NCBI RefSeq assembly: GCF_006345805.1
Contig: NC_042997.1
Location: 199,888,001-199,952,000, forward strand
Reading direction: 5' to 3'
DNA from: Octopus sinensis
Lineage: Eukaryota
DNA: 64,000 nucleotides
This document shows, piece after piece, positions 50,491-64,000 of the stretch; within the stretch, counting starts at the first letter, position 1; each line of letters opens with the position of its first letter. Position numbers and translations under genes: made by a program. The notes beneath the pieces were generated by a model. That model worked only from the letters and a program-made list of their open reading frames with translations, was not told the DNA's origin and searched no databases.

Positions 50491-51395
50491 AGCCCCACTC
50501 AGTCAAGGAAGGTCTTAATGTTGTGAGCAACATTGTTACTACACTAGTGATGGTGCCATGACAAAAAGCCCTCAATACATGGTAAAGTAACTGGAATTAG
50601 GAAGGGCATTCAGCTATAAAAACTATGCCAATGAAGACACTGTGGTATACCATGGTATGAAGAAGATTCAGTGTCTTATGAAGGACAAGACAACTCCTCT
50701 AATGTTGGTGCTATGGTAAAATGCACTCTAATGTAGTTGCTAGCTGCAGAAATCATGCCAAAATGAAAAAAGGACAAGGCACATCTACAAGCACTGTAAA
50801 ACTAAGAACTTACACAAACGATGATAATTTGTTCTGCCCATGCCAACATAGAATACAAATAATGATGCATGATTTAAAATTAATGGGGCCATTACCCCTT
50901 CCTGTTACTTTACTTGACCAATATCAACTGCTGAAAATTTGATATCCTATTTTATCTTTATTTTAAGTTTCATCATTATCATCTCTTCATTCATTTATTT
51001 TTCATGTTAAGACTGATTTGGAAGAGAGCTCCAGCTTAGGACACTACCATTTATTAAGTATTCAATTACAATGATTGGGATTTACAAGTTTGCCTATCAA
51101 ATTATAAATAATAATTTAGTAAATTAAAGTTAACATATTTAATACAATGCATTAGAAAGTTAACCAGAAATATATTAAAAGTGATATCAGTAAATGATTT
51201 ATGTGAAAAAATAGAAAAAAATTTTCAGTAAGTACAGGGGAAAACACTAGGTATGATTCCCGACCTTATCAGAAAAGCATGTCATTGACCAATGTTTTTT
51301 TTCTCCTAACTATATAGATCTTTACTTAGCCTTTTAAAGTTCCATACTTTAGCAGATTCCACTTTCTGTAAGTATTCTATGGGCAGACACCCATA

Positions 51396-51790
51396 AAATT
51401 ATCAACCATCGTACAAACAATAACTCTGAGCACCTTTTCAAACTCCACCCATCTAACACCTGTGGACATATTTACAAAGTAAGAAAACAGCACAGCTCCC
51501 ATGACTTCAGGAAACATTTTTTCACGCTGAGAGTTGCTGAAGCATGGAACAAACTGCCAGCATCAGTTGTTAGTTGTCAGAGCACTGCATTCTTCAAAAC
51601 TTCCATGCTTCCAGAGATTCGCCAACACTACACTTGATTTTCTCCCCTCCATACACACACAAGCATGTATCTGACTCATACATTGTTCGCTTTCCAGACA
51701 TTTCTACATTACTGTATGTACTTTATATGCACTTTCTGACAAGTTGTGGTGCACCTGAGCACTGTATACAATAATTTCATTATTATTATT
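51396..51790 (+). mobile_element. CR1 LINE 3' end
   Basis: KIINH..CGHIYKV..RKHFFTLRVAEAWNKLP..FK, 3' UTR and (ATT)n tail. Confidence 0.92.
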
Positions 51791-52567
51791 ATTTTTATTC
51801 AAAGCAGATCTCTTGCTAGATAAATTGATATCTTGGTGCACTGCTTCCTACAGTAGTAACCCCTGAGGCATGATTTCTTTTCCCATTTTATCCACTGCAG
51901 TCATGGAAATCCAACAAAAAAGGTCATGCATGCTGCCATTCCTTCTCTGACTAAACCATAAAACATTGCATTCGTGAATGATTTATTTTCTGTATTTCAT
52001 TAGAGTTGTTATTGTACAAACTCACTATTCTAAAATATCTACTAAATTAGCTGAAATGCTAACATTCATATAATCAAGTTCAGATTTGACCAAACTAATA
52101 AAGCATTCTAACTAATGAAAGTACATCAAATACTGAATTGATTACTTTGTTCTTAACGCTTTAATGGTGCTGGGATGTTTCCTGTTCTTGGATATCTCCC
52201 ACAAGTAATAAATAATGCATTAAATAAATAATGACCTCAAGTACAACAACAGGACTACAACTTAGAATTTAATTGACTTCAGAACTTGACTGGTAGTTAT
52301 ATTACTGAAACTAGAGGGGTGAAAACCAAAGTCAAACAGGACTGGGTTTGAAATCAGAACATAAAAATTGCCAATGAAATACAATACAGACGTTAGAATC
52401 GAGGCTTGTGAAACAACAAATCTCATGCCACTGACACAATCCACCATAGATTTTTTTATATATTTCCTACTGCATAATTATTCTGATGTAATTAGCAGGC
52501 TAATCAAATCTTGTTTTTATTGTCCTACATTCTACATAAAACTATCAGCATATATTTTATAAATATA

Positions 52568-53418
52568 CAGCACATCCCAAAAGTCACTGATGGGTTTCAA
52601 TTTTTAATAACTTCCTTACCTTTACAAATAAATGCATGATATTTTGATACAATATAAAAGGCATAATGGAAATTAATATGCACAAGTCAAATTTTGAAAT
52701 ACCACAACATTACATATGGAAAATGACATCACTTAAATGGCAGCCGTTTTCGGTTTCACACACCTGTACTCTTTCCAAAACTTGCACCATAACACCCTCA
52801 AGAATTTCAGATCCTACTTCTCTGATTTCTCTATTGTTGTTCTCTTTCAGTTGCACCAGGGTCTCCAGTTTGTTGACATAAACCCTCTGTTTCAGGTATC
52901 CCCACAAGAAAAAATCCGGGCTAGTGAAGTCTGGGAGATGTGAAGGCCAGATGACATTGCCATAGTGAGAGATTATTCTTTCTCCAAAGCACTGCCGTAG
53001 CAACTGCATTGTTTTGCTTGCAGTATGAGTAGTTGTACCATCTTGCTGGAACCATGTGTGAGGTCTACTTTGAATGGCCTAGCACAAAAAGGTCTCAATC
53101 AAGGATAGCTGAAAGACAGGGTTTATGTCAACAAACTAGAGACCCTGTTGCATCTGAAGGAGAACATCAATAGACAAATCAGAGAAGTGGGGTCTGAAAC
53201 TCTTGAGGATGTTATGGTGCAAGGGCATGTGAAGCCAATAATGGCTGCCATTTAAGCGATGTTATTTTTCATGTGATGTAGTGGTGTAGCAAAATTTGAC
53301 TTGTGCATATTAATTTCCATTATGTCTGTTATATTTTACCAAAATTTCATGCATTTATTTGTAAAGTTAAGGAACTTATTAAAACTTGAAACCCATCAGT
53401 TACTTTTGGGACAGCCTG
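52568..53418. mobile_element. Foldback Tc1/mariner derivative with two inverted 3' ends
   Basis: TA flanks, matching TIRs, arms 52568-52897 and 53109-53418; minus-strand WFQQDG..WP..PDFTSPDFFLWGYLK. Confidence 0.9.
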
Positions 53419-54199
53419 TATAATATATACATATACTTTATATCTATGTCACCCTATATAAATGTGCATGCACACACACACAAGTAGGTGTAAAAATTAA
53501 TGAAAACATTACTTAGGCAGATTAAACATTTGTAGTAACAATTTGACTTAGATCTACATTATTAATAGTTTCATAGATGCATAAAGCATATCTGATCATT
53601 CAGATGCAAGGATACAAAGTAAGAAGGTAGTTAGGGTTTCTAAATAAGATTGATTGTTATTGGTCAAGAAAACTCATTCCTATAAGCAATTTGGGGCACA
53701 TGATGAAGCTAGTAGTTACTGAGTGATTCACTAATTATTACTTTAGTAAGAACAGTTATGTTAATGTTTCACTGAGGAGAGGTAATAAGAGCGGAACATA
53801 TCTGGAGAAATCAACAAGACTAACTAGATAGTTTAAATAATATTGATGGAAATATAATTTCTTGACAATTGTTTTTAATTAGCTATTCGATGTTGATTAC
53901 ATTACATGTTTTAATAACTAAATCAACACTATTTTCATGCAGCAATAAAAACTGTGCCAAGGCAAACATTGGACTGCTGAATTGTTGGTTCCTGTCAAAC
54001 TTCCTAACACATGTCAGCATAGAAAATAAACATTAAATGAAGATGATGTATAGGAAATAGATTTCTTCAAATGGCCAAGGGGGTCCTTAGAAGTAGTAAA
54101 TAGTTACTGTCACCAAGGTGACCAAATTAACAGCAGAGGAAGTTGTTCTGAAAGCACAGTTGCTAGAATAAGAGCCAACTGAGTGAATCCTTTTGACCT

Positions 54200-55090
54200 A
54201 CCACTTATAACTCTGGTGTACTTCACATTTTCTCCTCACTACCTCTTCCCATGCATCAATGACTGGCCTATTTGCTGCTGTCTCCAATCCTTGTTAGGAA
54301 GTCTTTCAGTCTTCCACTATTTGCACACCCAAGTGTCATTCACATGCAGCCAAAACAGTTCGTCAAATCTGCACTGATATCTGCTGTCGTGAACGGAGAC
54401 CACAGAAATATCTCCAATGTAGTAATGCCAAAATCTCCTCCAAAAAACACAAAGATATACCATACATCACCATACCTCCACCTGAAATGTGGACAGAATG
54501 GAACTAGAATCCTGAAGGTTGCTATTAATGCTAGGCCTAACTATTGATAAGATTCTCTCCTGGCAAATGTATCTCCTCACCAAAGCCAAAACTGCATCAC
54601 AAAGAGTGGCTTTCTTCTAAGGAACTACTTCAGCTTCCTAATAATTTTACCAAGCTCTGGTGAGACCCACAAGACAGTACTGTCTCAGTCTCTGGGATTT
54701 ACAAGCAAACATCCAAGTATACATTTAAAAGGAAGCAGTTCAACTGACCAGTTGCAAGTCAGACACTGCTAATACATGCCAACTGCAGATCCACACATGT
54801 ACTGTGTCATCTTTCACACTACTGCATCAGCCTCTGCTCCCTGGAGTCTGCTAGTCTCATATCACTTCCAACCAGACACTCATATTCACTCATCTCTCAC
54901 CCATACTTCATATCTTGATTCCTTCTTCAGAATAGCTGGTCTCTGGAATTCTCTCCCAGTATGTTTTTCCTGTAGCCATCAACTTCCATCTATTCAAAGG
55001 AACATTGACTTCAATGATCTCACTTATCTTGGACATCCTGCAAAGGACCTGGTCACAGCCCTTTTCCTCCAGACCAATAAAAGACCTAAT
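54200..55090 (+). mobile_element. CR1/L2-clade LINE RT 3' fragment, decayed
   Basis: LGLTIDKILSWQMYL..ALVRPT..YC..SFFRIAGLWNSLP. Confidence 0.7.
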
Positions 55091-56399
55091 ATAATAATAT
55101 AAAGTATTGTCTTTCATCTCTCTCCCACAAACGTTTACAGCCACGCATTTACAACTGACAACCTATTTAAATGCCCATCTTCCCACCCAACTTTTCCTAC
55201 ATTTCTTTCTTTAAAAGTGTATGTAATATCAGTTCACGTTTTTGTTGCTTATATGATACATTTAATTTTGTTTATTCAATTGATTTCCTTATTAATACAA
55301 AGCTAATACACAATATTGGTTAGCTTTCATCTTGCTACTTGTTGATTCTTATTTGCAATTCTCAACAACAGAAATATTTTCTTGTAGTCCTCAAATTTAC
55401 GATGATATTATTACTTTCATCAAAATATTCCATCTTTCAACATATGTTGAAATGTGCAGCATAATTTATTGATATTTCTACCTTGTTCATAATACTGACA
55501 TATGAAAGGAAATTATAGATGTAGACATACACATAGGAAAATACAAAGTGAAATGCATATCCTATTTATGATGATCTATTTACATTCATACATTTACATG
55601 ATTTATATGTGTCTCCACAGACGGAAAGCTGGAGATATCTATAAAAAAAAATTTACATATATTCTCTACTCATACATATATTTCATTAACTTGGTTTTAG
55701 TCATTTCAAAATCATACTGAACAAATATTTTCCTTTATTGTATTCCTTGTAGAAATGATTTTTTTCATGTTACTTCTGAAAATTCTTTACAAAATACTTA
55801 GAACTTTTCCTAGTAATCATATTTCAATGGCTTCCATTCTACATATATTTATAAATATTGGCATCATTCCATATGACTTCAAAGCTTTATATCATACCTT
55901 TTATTGCAGTTCAAAGTTATTTTCTACTATGTTAATTCTCTTGGTTACTTATTGAGTACATTTAATATGCTTTCAATTTCCTAAGAGACACAGAAGTGGC
56001 ATCAAATACTATTTTTAGAAGATCCTAGGAAAATGTGTCTATAGACAAACCATGAGTTAACTTATCATAGGTCTTATGAAAAACATAAGTTTCTTTTAAC
56101 ATCTCAATCGATATTTTATGACTATCATTGTCTGAAATTTCAAGGAGTAAATAACCAACCATAAATGTATTTTACTCTTCAGAAAACAGATACTAACAAA
56201 GTCATTTCATCCACTTTATACAATTGGTAAGCATGCATGTACATAGAACTATCATGATCTCACAACTCTACTATTAGTACTTCATCGTGATATAGAACAT
56301 AAATCAGCCCAATACCAAATTGACCATACAACAAAGAAAGACCATTTAGAAGGAATGCCAGCCAGTGAAAATTCATGACTAAAACAAAATCTAGAAATC

Positions 56400-56800
56400 A
56401 TCCTTCATCTTCTTGTACTTGTTTCAGTCATTGTGGTGTAGCCATGCTAGAGCACCACCATGAAATGTTTTGTCAAATAAATTACCCCAGTCCTTGCTTA
56501 TTAGTCTGGTACTTATATCAGTCGCTTTTGCCAAACCAAGTTATAGCAATGAAAACAAGCCAACACCATTTGTTAGGCAATGGAGTGGTGAGTGGGGGAC
56601 AAACACACAAACATAACAGACTTCCACACAGTTTCTACCAATCAAATTTACACACAAAGCGATAGTCAGACCAGGGTTATAAAAGAAGACACTTGCCCAC
56701 AGTACCATGCAATGGAACTGAACCTAAAACAACTTGGTTGCAAAGTAAGCGTTTCAACCACAGCATTATACCTGCAACAAGCTTCATAACACAGCCATGC
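56400..56800 (-). mobile_element. SINE family 1
   Basis: Reverse complement of the family-1 head and body. Confidence 0.75.
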
Positions 56801-57213
56801 CTACAACTCACAGAATATAACTATAAGTAGCAATCATTGTCTACCATTAAGACATAGGATCATTTTAAAAAAGCAGGCATTTTATTTTGTTCATTGTGGC
56901 CTATTATAATTGTTTGTAACAGTTGTAATAGAGTCATTGATTGGCATCTCTCCAGAATCAAGTGATGAATAGATATGTTATCACCTCAATATAAATCATA
57001 ACTGAATGACCAGCCTTCCTTAGATAAGTGAGAGAATGACATATCCAAAAACTTGCAGTTTTCAGAATAATCTCGAGTTTCAGATTTGGGGGATCAAGAA
57101 GACCATACAGTGCTTTCTTGTTGTTATTAGAATAGAGATTGGTTATACAAGAGTATTTAAGTCACTTGTAACTAACTAACATTTGATTTGTGTTCAAATC
57201 ATTTTATTGTTTA

Positions 57214-57599
57214 CTAGCAGTATCGCCCGGCGTTGCTCGGGTTTGTAAGGGAAATAACTATATAAGCATTTTTAGAGAGTTATAGCCAAAAAATGCATTA
57301 AAAATGGAAAAAAAGTTATGGTAAATTTTTTTTTAATCGTTGACTTATCGTAGACATTTTTAGAGAGTTACTTTCCTTATATAATAGCGAAAAAAATGCA
57401 TTAAAATGGAAAAGAACGATGGTAAATTTTTTTTAAATCATAGACTCATCATAGACGCGCGCTAATATCCAGAAGGGCTCGATATGAATCACGACTATAA
57501 GATACCCGGTTTTGGTTAAACTGCACTGCAAAATGTGGGAGTAGTTAGGAATCTAAATCGTAGGAGACAGACACACAACTTGACTTTTATATATAAAGA
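57214..57599 (-). mobile_element. Non-autonomous Helitron
   Basis: Minus-strand A|TCTTTATATATAAAAG at the 5' end; hairpin CCCGAGCAACGCCGGG followed by CTAG|T at the 3' end. Confidence 0.9.
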
Positions 57600-57754
57600 T
57601 TTGTTTTAGCCATAGAACTGCAGCTATACTGGGGAATTGCCTTGAGTTTCAGTTGTACAAACTAACCCTTGCACTCATTCTTTTAAAGTGTTGTACTTAT
57701 TTTATCAGTCCATTTTACTGAACTACTAAGATACAGGAATGTCAACAAATGCAG

Positions 57755-57885
57755 ACATGGCCATGTGGTAAGAAGCTTGCTTCCCAACCACATGGTTCTA
57801 GGTTCAGTCCCATTGCTTGGCACCTTGGGCAAGTGTCTTCTACTATATCCTTGGGCTGACCAAAGTTTTGTGAGTGGCTGCTTCA
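57755..57885 (+). mobile_element. SINE family 1 head
   Basis: GGTAAGAAGCTTGCTTCCCAACCACATGGTTCTAGGTTCAGTCCC. Confidence 0.85.
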
Positions 57886-59156
57886 GATGGAGAGAGAGGG
57901 GAAAGTGAGGAAGAGAAGATAGTGGTGACATTGAGTAGGCTGGTAATTGGAAAGGCTGAGATCAAGAGATTGGTAGATGAAAATGGAGGTGTAACGAGAG
58001 CACAAGTAGAAGGAAGGACTGTTGGAAGGATATGTAGTGGGGAAGAGATCCACTGGGGACATATGTATGCAGATAAGTACATGAGGAAGAATGGGAGAAA
58101 TGCAACAGTTTGTGAGCATTGGTGGGGGGGGGGAAGGTTCAAAAGATGGTTATAATCTAATATTCATTCATTCATGTGGCAATTTTTTGTCCCTTAGTTT
58201 TATTGTCTTGTTTGTTTGCATTAGACATAATCTGTATTTCTGCATTACATCATTTATTTCATCCGTTCGGTGATGGGTTGCCATGAATCAATTCTAGGCA
58301 TATGAATACTCTTTCAAATTGAAAATGCCCCAAATTCACTTTTCAAACTGAACGCTGTGGTTAGTGCGAACAGAGCTCGGAGCATCGAACAATGTTAATA
58401 ATAAGGAGAGACTAACTAATAGCTTTGTAAAATGGCTTTCCTGAAGGGAAATATAAAAGGTTAATGCATGAAACTATAAAATATAAAAAGTGAAAATGTA
58501 AAAGTTGTCTATTTTAGTATTTTATTTTAAACCAATAATATCCATTGACAACAACTGCCAAAGTTTTGTGGATTTTGTAAGTTTCCCTACAATAATTTTT
58601 TGATGAACTTAAAGTCAATGAATATTAAATGTTTTGAGGGCTTCACAAATATGTTATTAAATTTTGGGTCAAAACATGCAGTAGAAGTAGCCAAAGATGA
58701 AAGTTTACCTCTAAATTCAATTTGACATTATGATTATTACACAAATTCCCAAGATGGCAGAACCTATTCTACAGAAAATACAAAATTCTGTTATCAGATA
58801 ACCAGTATTTTTACTTAAATGTTTACAATTGTTTTTCCAATTTATGTTAAGCTTGTTTCTGTCAATAGATTTTGACCTTTAATCTAATACCAAGTTATTT
58901 TGCAATAACAGCTCAACCCAGTTCACTATCTCTGTAATTAATTGTATCTATTTACAGAGCTGAAAACAAACTTCTGCTTAAGTATTTGATGTGCTTCTGC
59001 ATTTGACACTATTGGTTTTCAGCATTTTTTCCCCAAAATGTACTCTCATTTTACATTTAAAGCATTGTTTATCAATAGCAGCACATTCTTTAAAGCCATA
59101 TAAGAACAATTAGCAAACTGGACAGTAATTAATTCTATGTTGTTAAATGAGAAATC

Positions 59157-59690
59157 ATCATCATTCTTTAACAACTACTTTCCATGCTGGCATGGGTTGG
59201 ATGATTTGACTGAGGACTGGTGAGCCACAAGGCTGCACCAGGCTCCAATCTGATCTGGTAGAGTTTCTACAGCTGGATGCCCTTCCTAATGCCAACCACT
59301 CCAAGAGTGTAGTGGATACTTTTATGTGCCACTAGCATGAGGGCCAGTCAGGTGGTACTGGCAACGACCATGCTCAAAAGGTGTTTTTTTACATGCCACC
59401 TGCATGGGAGCCAGTCCAGCAGCACTGGCAACGATTACGCTCAAATGTTTTTCACGTGCTACCAGCACATGTGCCAGTAAGGCGACACTGGCAATGATCA
59501 TGCTCGAATGATGCTTTTTAAGTGCCACCAGCATGAGAGCCAGTCAGCAGCCTTGGCAATGATCACACTCAGATGGTGCTTTTAGCGTTCCACTGGTACA
59601 AGTGCCAATCAGGCAGTACTTTCATTGGCCACATCAGCGATTTTTATTTCACCTGCCTCAACGGGTCTTTGCAAGTAAAGTTTAGTGTCC
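59157..59690 (-). mobile_element. RTE LINE 3' UTR/tail with five ~63-bp internal repeats
   Basis: (CAT)n..CCATGCTGGCATGGGTTGG tail; tandem units TTTT..TGCCAC..GCCAGTC..CTGGCAA..GCTC. Confidence 0.85.
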
Positions 59691-60789
59691 AATGAATGAA
59701 GGGTACTAATAAGTGGGCTGGTTAGACACCACTGGTATAGGCCAATGATGAACTTTTGTTACAGAAAGCAGGGTAGAGCAGGGTAAGTCTCTCGAGACAA
59801 AGCAGATAATCACTCAGGAAACTAAATTCTGGAAGTGCTACACAAATTTTGAGCAACTTGAACAAAATTTCTTAAGACAATTAAAAATATGAAATGTCAA
59901 TAGTAAAGATAGCAGGAGTGGTTACTCCCATAATAAAAGAAAATAGAGAAGTGACAGGGGGACATGGAAGATAAGTGGTTCACGTTGCTTTATGACTTGT
60001 TGAATCAGTTGGTATGGAACATCTCAAATTTTGCCATATAAATATACTCAGTGATATACATCAAAGAATTGATTTCTTGCACTCAAATCAATTTTTCAAC
60101 AGCATTTTTCTGCTGATGTGAAGAGAATGAGTGCTGGAAGAATAAATAGAAAAAGATTGTTTAAAAGGGAACACAGAGTAAGAACCAAAAAGATATGGGC
60201 CATATTATTGGGCTGAATGATCAGTGAGCACATTAGAGGGCTGGAGAATGGGGTATACATTGTAAGGCAGACCTAGGGTACTAAATAAACTAGCAGCAAA
60301 CTTGAGGAGGGAACAACCACTGGAATTATAACTAATTACAATTAAAAATAGAATATAGTTGAAAGCAGCTGTTCTTTAACAAAAATGATGACTTTGCATA
60401 TGTTTCAGTCTGATCAGACCTCATCAATAAAATAGGTCTTACTGACACTGTAGGTGTATGGAACATTTGTAAATGAATGCTGAATAGCAAGCCTGCCCTT
60501 TTTAATAACTGTTAACTATTAAGATAATTAGTTATTTTCCCTATTGATGTAATTTTAAATTATTAGAATTTCTCAACTTACTACATTATGCAAGAATCAA
60601 CTGTTTTCATTACTTTGTATGACAACAGTACAGACATCTAAAACCACAAGTTGATAGTCTTTGCTTATTTAGCTATCAGTCTTTTTACAAGGCAATTATT
60701 ACAATTTGTTTTCATATTCATGTATATAGAGTGCAAGAGGTACTTGAGGCCATATTGTGTAATTTAATAAAACAATTATCACCTGATAT

Positions 60790-60942
60790 AGGCGCAGGCG
60801 TGGCTGTGTGATAAGAAGCTTGCTTTCCAATCACATGGTTCTGGGTTCAGTCCCACTGCGTGACACCTTGGGCCAACCAAAGCCTTGTGAGTGGATTAGA
60901 TAAATGGAAACTTAAAGAAGCCCATTGTGTATGTGTATATAT

Positions 60943-60979
<37 letters not shown>

Positions 60980-61198
60980 CGTATACATTTGTATGTCTGT
61001 GTTTGTCCCCTGCCCTCACCATCGTTTGACAACCAATGTTGGTGTGTTTACATCTGTGTAACGTAGCAGTTCAGTATTAAGAGACTGATAGAATAAGTAC
61101 TAGGCTTGCAAAGAATAAGTCCTAGGGTCAATTTGTTTGACCAAAGGCAGTGCTCCAGCATGATAACAGTCAAATGACTGAAACAAGTAAAAGAATAA
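60790..61198 (+). mobile_element. SINE family 1, full length
   Basis: GGCGCAGGCGTGGCTGTGTG head through GACTGAAACAAGTAAAAGAATAA. Confidence 0.9.
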
Positions 61199-61209
61199 TA
61201 ACAAACAAA

Positions 61210-62354
61210 ATGTACTAAAATATAAATTTGGGAGCATGTTCTCAATAAACTTCTTTATAAAATTTTTCTATGAATCTGTCTTCAGTTTTAATGATTGCAT
61301 CAATGCAGAACGGGAGTCATGGATACACCTGCACTTAACAGCCCTTGTTCATTTCAAGCATCACTTGAACAAGGGCAGCTTTGAAGGGATCTCTAGTATC
61401 GTGAGAATGTCAATTAACCTCCCTTTCGACAATCCCTCAAATGTAGTACACCATCAGATTCAAATCTAGCAAGTTTCGTGTTACATGATCATTCCATTAT
61501 TGAGTTATGTGGGCTTTGTGAGAAGGTGCTGATTCTGTTTGAGACATATATGGCCTTCTACTGCATACTTCATCCATTCAGGGATTAACAAACAGTTGCC
61601 GGCACTGCAATGTATCCAGCAGCATTAATTCTAAGATCCTGCAGAAAGATCTGGGGTGGCATCATATGACCATTACTCATCACTCCTAAAACCATCGCAG
61701 TTGCTGGAAACATATGCATCACTCAAGGGGACACTAGGATCTGCACATAACCATATCATTTCTCCAATTAGACTTCTGGTTTTGGTCGAAGACTTTTACT
61801 CATCAGTGAAGAACCAAAATATGCCATCCATGCTTGTGAGGTTTTTTTAAATTTTCTTATGTAACCATTTGTCACACATCAAACAGTTTTCCTGTGTTTT
61901 GCAGACATATGAACTGGCCTCTTCTCAATACATGCAGCTTGTATCAAATGTCATTGTGCACCACAGTTCTGATAGACCATTCCAACACCTGAAGTTCTTT
62001 GGCAATGATCTATTGATTTTTTTCAGGACCATCATTGATAATGTTTTGAACCTGTTGGATGAATTGCCATGTCATTATAATGACCCAAACAATGTTTTAT
62101 TTTCTCTTTGATACAGTTGACTCATTCCCACCAGAGACTTCCAATTCTATTCAGACTTGGTGTACAAAAGATATCGTAACATTTAGAAAGTTGGCAATTT
62201 TTAAATCACTGTGTTCTGCACATATACCAACAATGACTTTTAGTCTTTTCATTTCTTGTATTAGCATTTTATCTACCATGGGAAATCTTACAAAAAAAAA
62301 TTCAGTTGGAGCGAGTAATGTACTGATGATTGTCCTCAATTATCATCCACCCTG
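61210..62354 (-). mobile_element. Decayed Tc1/mariner (maT/DD37D-like) transposon
   Basis: TA|CAGGGTGG terminus at 62354; minus-strand RTVVHNDI..RRGQF, WFFTDE, PATAMVLGVMSNGH, SAPSHKAH segments with stops and frameshifts. Confidence 0.8.
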
Positions 62355-63129
62355 TATACTGGATGTAAATGTGTGATTGTGTGTGCATCAAGTAAGTATT
62401 GTACACAGCTCCCTCACCCTTAATCACGAGCAACATTCACCTTGTGTTTTCAAACTCACTTCACTTGTTAAATCTTAGTATGACCGGAAGTCTTTCTTAG
62501 TGAGAACATATCCTAAACATGGCAAAAACTGCATGTCAGTGAGCATCCCCTCTCTTTAGGACAACAAAATACTACAGACTCCAACAATTAGTGATACCCT
62601 ACAAAACTCTAGTGAGATCCACCATGAAGTATTGCTTTCACACCTGGAACTGTGCTGCTGCTGCATACATTAACATCCTATACAACATCCAGAAATGGGC
62701 AGGCATCCAACTGCCATAAACTTACTCACAGATACGCACCAGCTCCTTGCCCACTAGCACACTGTCTACTTTTTTTCTCTGCTTTTCTACAGCCACTTTA
62801 ATGGCTTCTGCTACTCAAAGGTGGCTTGGCTTAGATAATCCCCATCTTATTCTCTCTTCATTTTCCTATTTTTGTATCCAACCACACCAGATTTCACACT
62901 AATTACAGTCCACAGTTCCTTCCTCTCAGAACATTGGTCCCCAGGAATGCTTTCCCAGCCAAGTCTTTTCTGCAAATGTTAACTTACAAAGCTTCAAGAA
63001 AATCATTAATGACATTAGTCCGACCAGAGCTGGAGGTCATGTCAAGGCAATGGGAACTGCTCTTTCCTACAGTAAAAATATAAGTGTAAGGTTGTAACAA
63101 CCCGTTAGTCTTGCCAAGGATATAACATC

Positions 63130-63350
63130 TCTCTAGTGCAGCTGCCATGAAGTAAAGCACCCAGTACACATTGTAAAATAGTTGGTGCCAGAAAGGGACT
63201 TCAGTCATAGAAACCAGCCAAAATGAAATGTGAGATGCAGTTCTTCAACACTTCTAAGTGAGCAGTACCACAGAATATGCAGTCACATTGACTGTAGCAT
63301 TCCACTCGACCCATACCAGCATAGAAAAGGGATGTAAAATAGTGATCAAT
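63130..63350 (+). mobile_element. RTE tail-like fragment, degraded
   Basis: GGTTGGTGCCAGAAAGGG..TAGAAACC..CCCATACCAGCATAGAAAAGGGATGTAAAA. Confidence 0.55.
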
Positions 63351-64000
63351 ATCATGTGTATGTATATAGGTATATTTCTCTAATTTTTTGTGTATATATA
63401 TATTTTATTTGGTATTTAAAGAGTCTTACTGTTGCTTCTAATTACAAACAGAATGCAGATAATACAACCATTCACATACAGCTAACCTTTCCCCATGGAC
63501 ATTATCCAATTTATGACAAATACACAACTTCTATGATTTGTAACATTGACAACAGCCTTCAAATGGGGATACTTAACAGAACTAAGAGCCATTCACTACA
63601 AGTATTATAAAAACCTGTCCACACAAAATTTTTTTTAATTCTTTGTACAAAATAAAAACTTGCAAATATCAAAATGATACAATTTCTGATGATCTTTCAA
63701 AGCAATGTAACCAATATTGCAAGCCAAATATTGACCGTTTACATTAACAGACAATACTTCAGCTCAAATCAGTTCCTCGATAAGGTGTAAGTGTGTCTCA
63801 CACTGCTATTTGGAAGAAAGAAGCTGTTGCATACATTAAAACATTCTACATTGTGTATAAAAGACCAGTTCACTGATTTATATATTTCTATTCCCAGGAC
63901 ATTATAACAAGTGATATTTTATGTTTATCCACTCTCTTCTACCACTATTATCATAGTTCTTACTATTATCTGGTAAAACATGTATCATCACTCTTATTTG

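Noticed and set aside
59320-59640. CRISPR-like repeat array
   Set aside because: The whole unit is repeated with divergence and there are no unique spacers; eukaryotic context, no cas genes.

Overview
AT-rich, repeat-dominated eukaryotic DNA. I infer a cephalopod, most likely Octopus, from the tRNA-derived SINE families, RTE tails, abundant (TA)n/(GT)n tracts and a GC-rich 18S fragment. I found no supportable intact host gene, so the window looks intronic or intergenic. It holds about 24 tRNA-head SINEs of three families, decayed RTE and CR1/L2 LINE pieces, Penelope-like fragments with hammerhead-like motifs, a deleted piggyBac with intact ends, Tc1/mariner derivatives (one a foldback), three non-autonomous Helitrons and a 94-bp 18S rRNA fragment. 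The least explained features are long, decayed, AT-rich reading frames at about 15.4-19.4 kb and 29.5-32.1 kb, plus a weaker one at 39.3-39.8 kb. They match no transposon I recognise. The second carries RdRp-like motif spacing, so these are candidate endogenous viral elements (unverified). Coordinates of decayed repeats are approximate, and all family assignments come from motifs read by eye, not from database searches.
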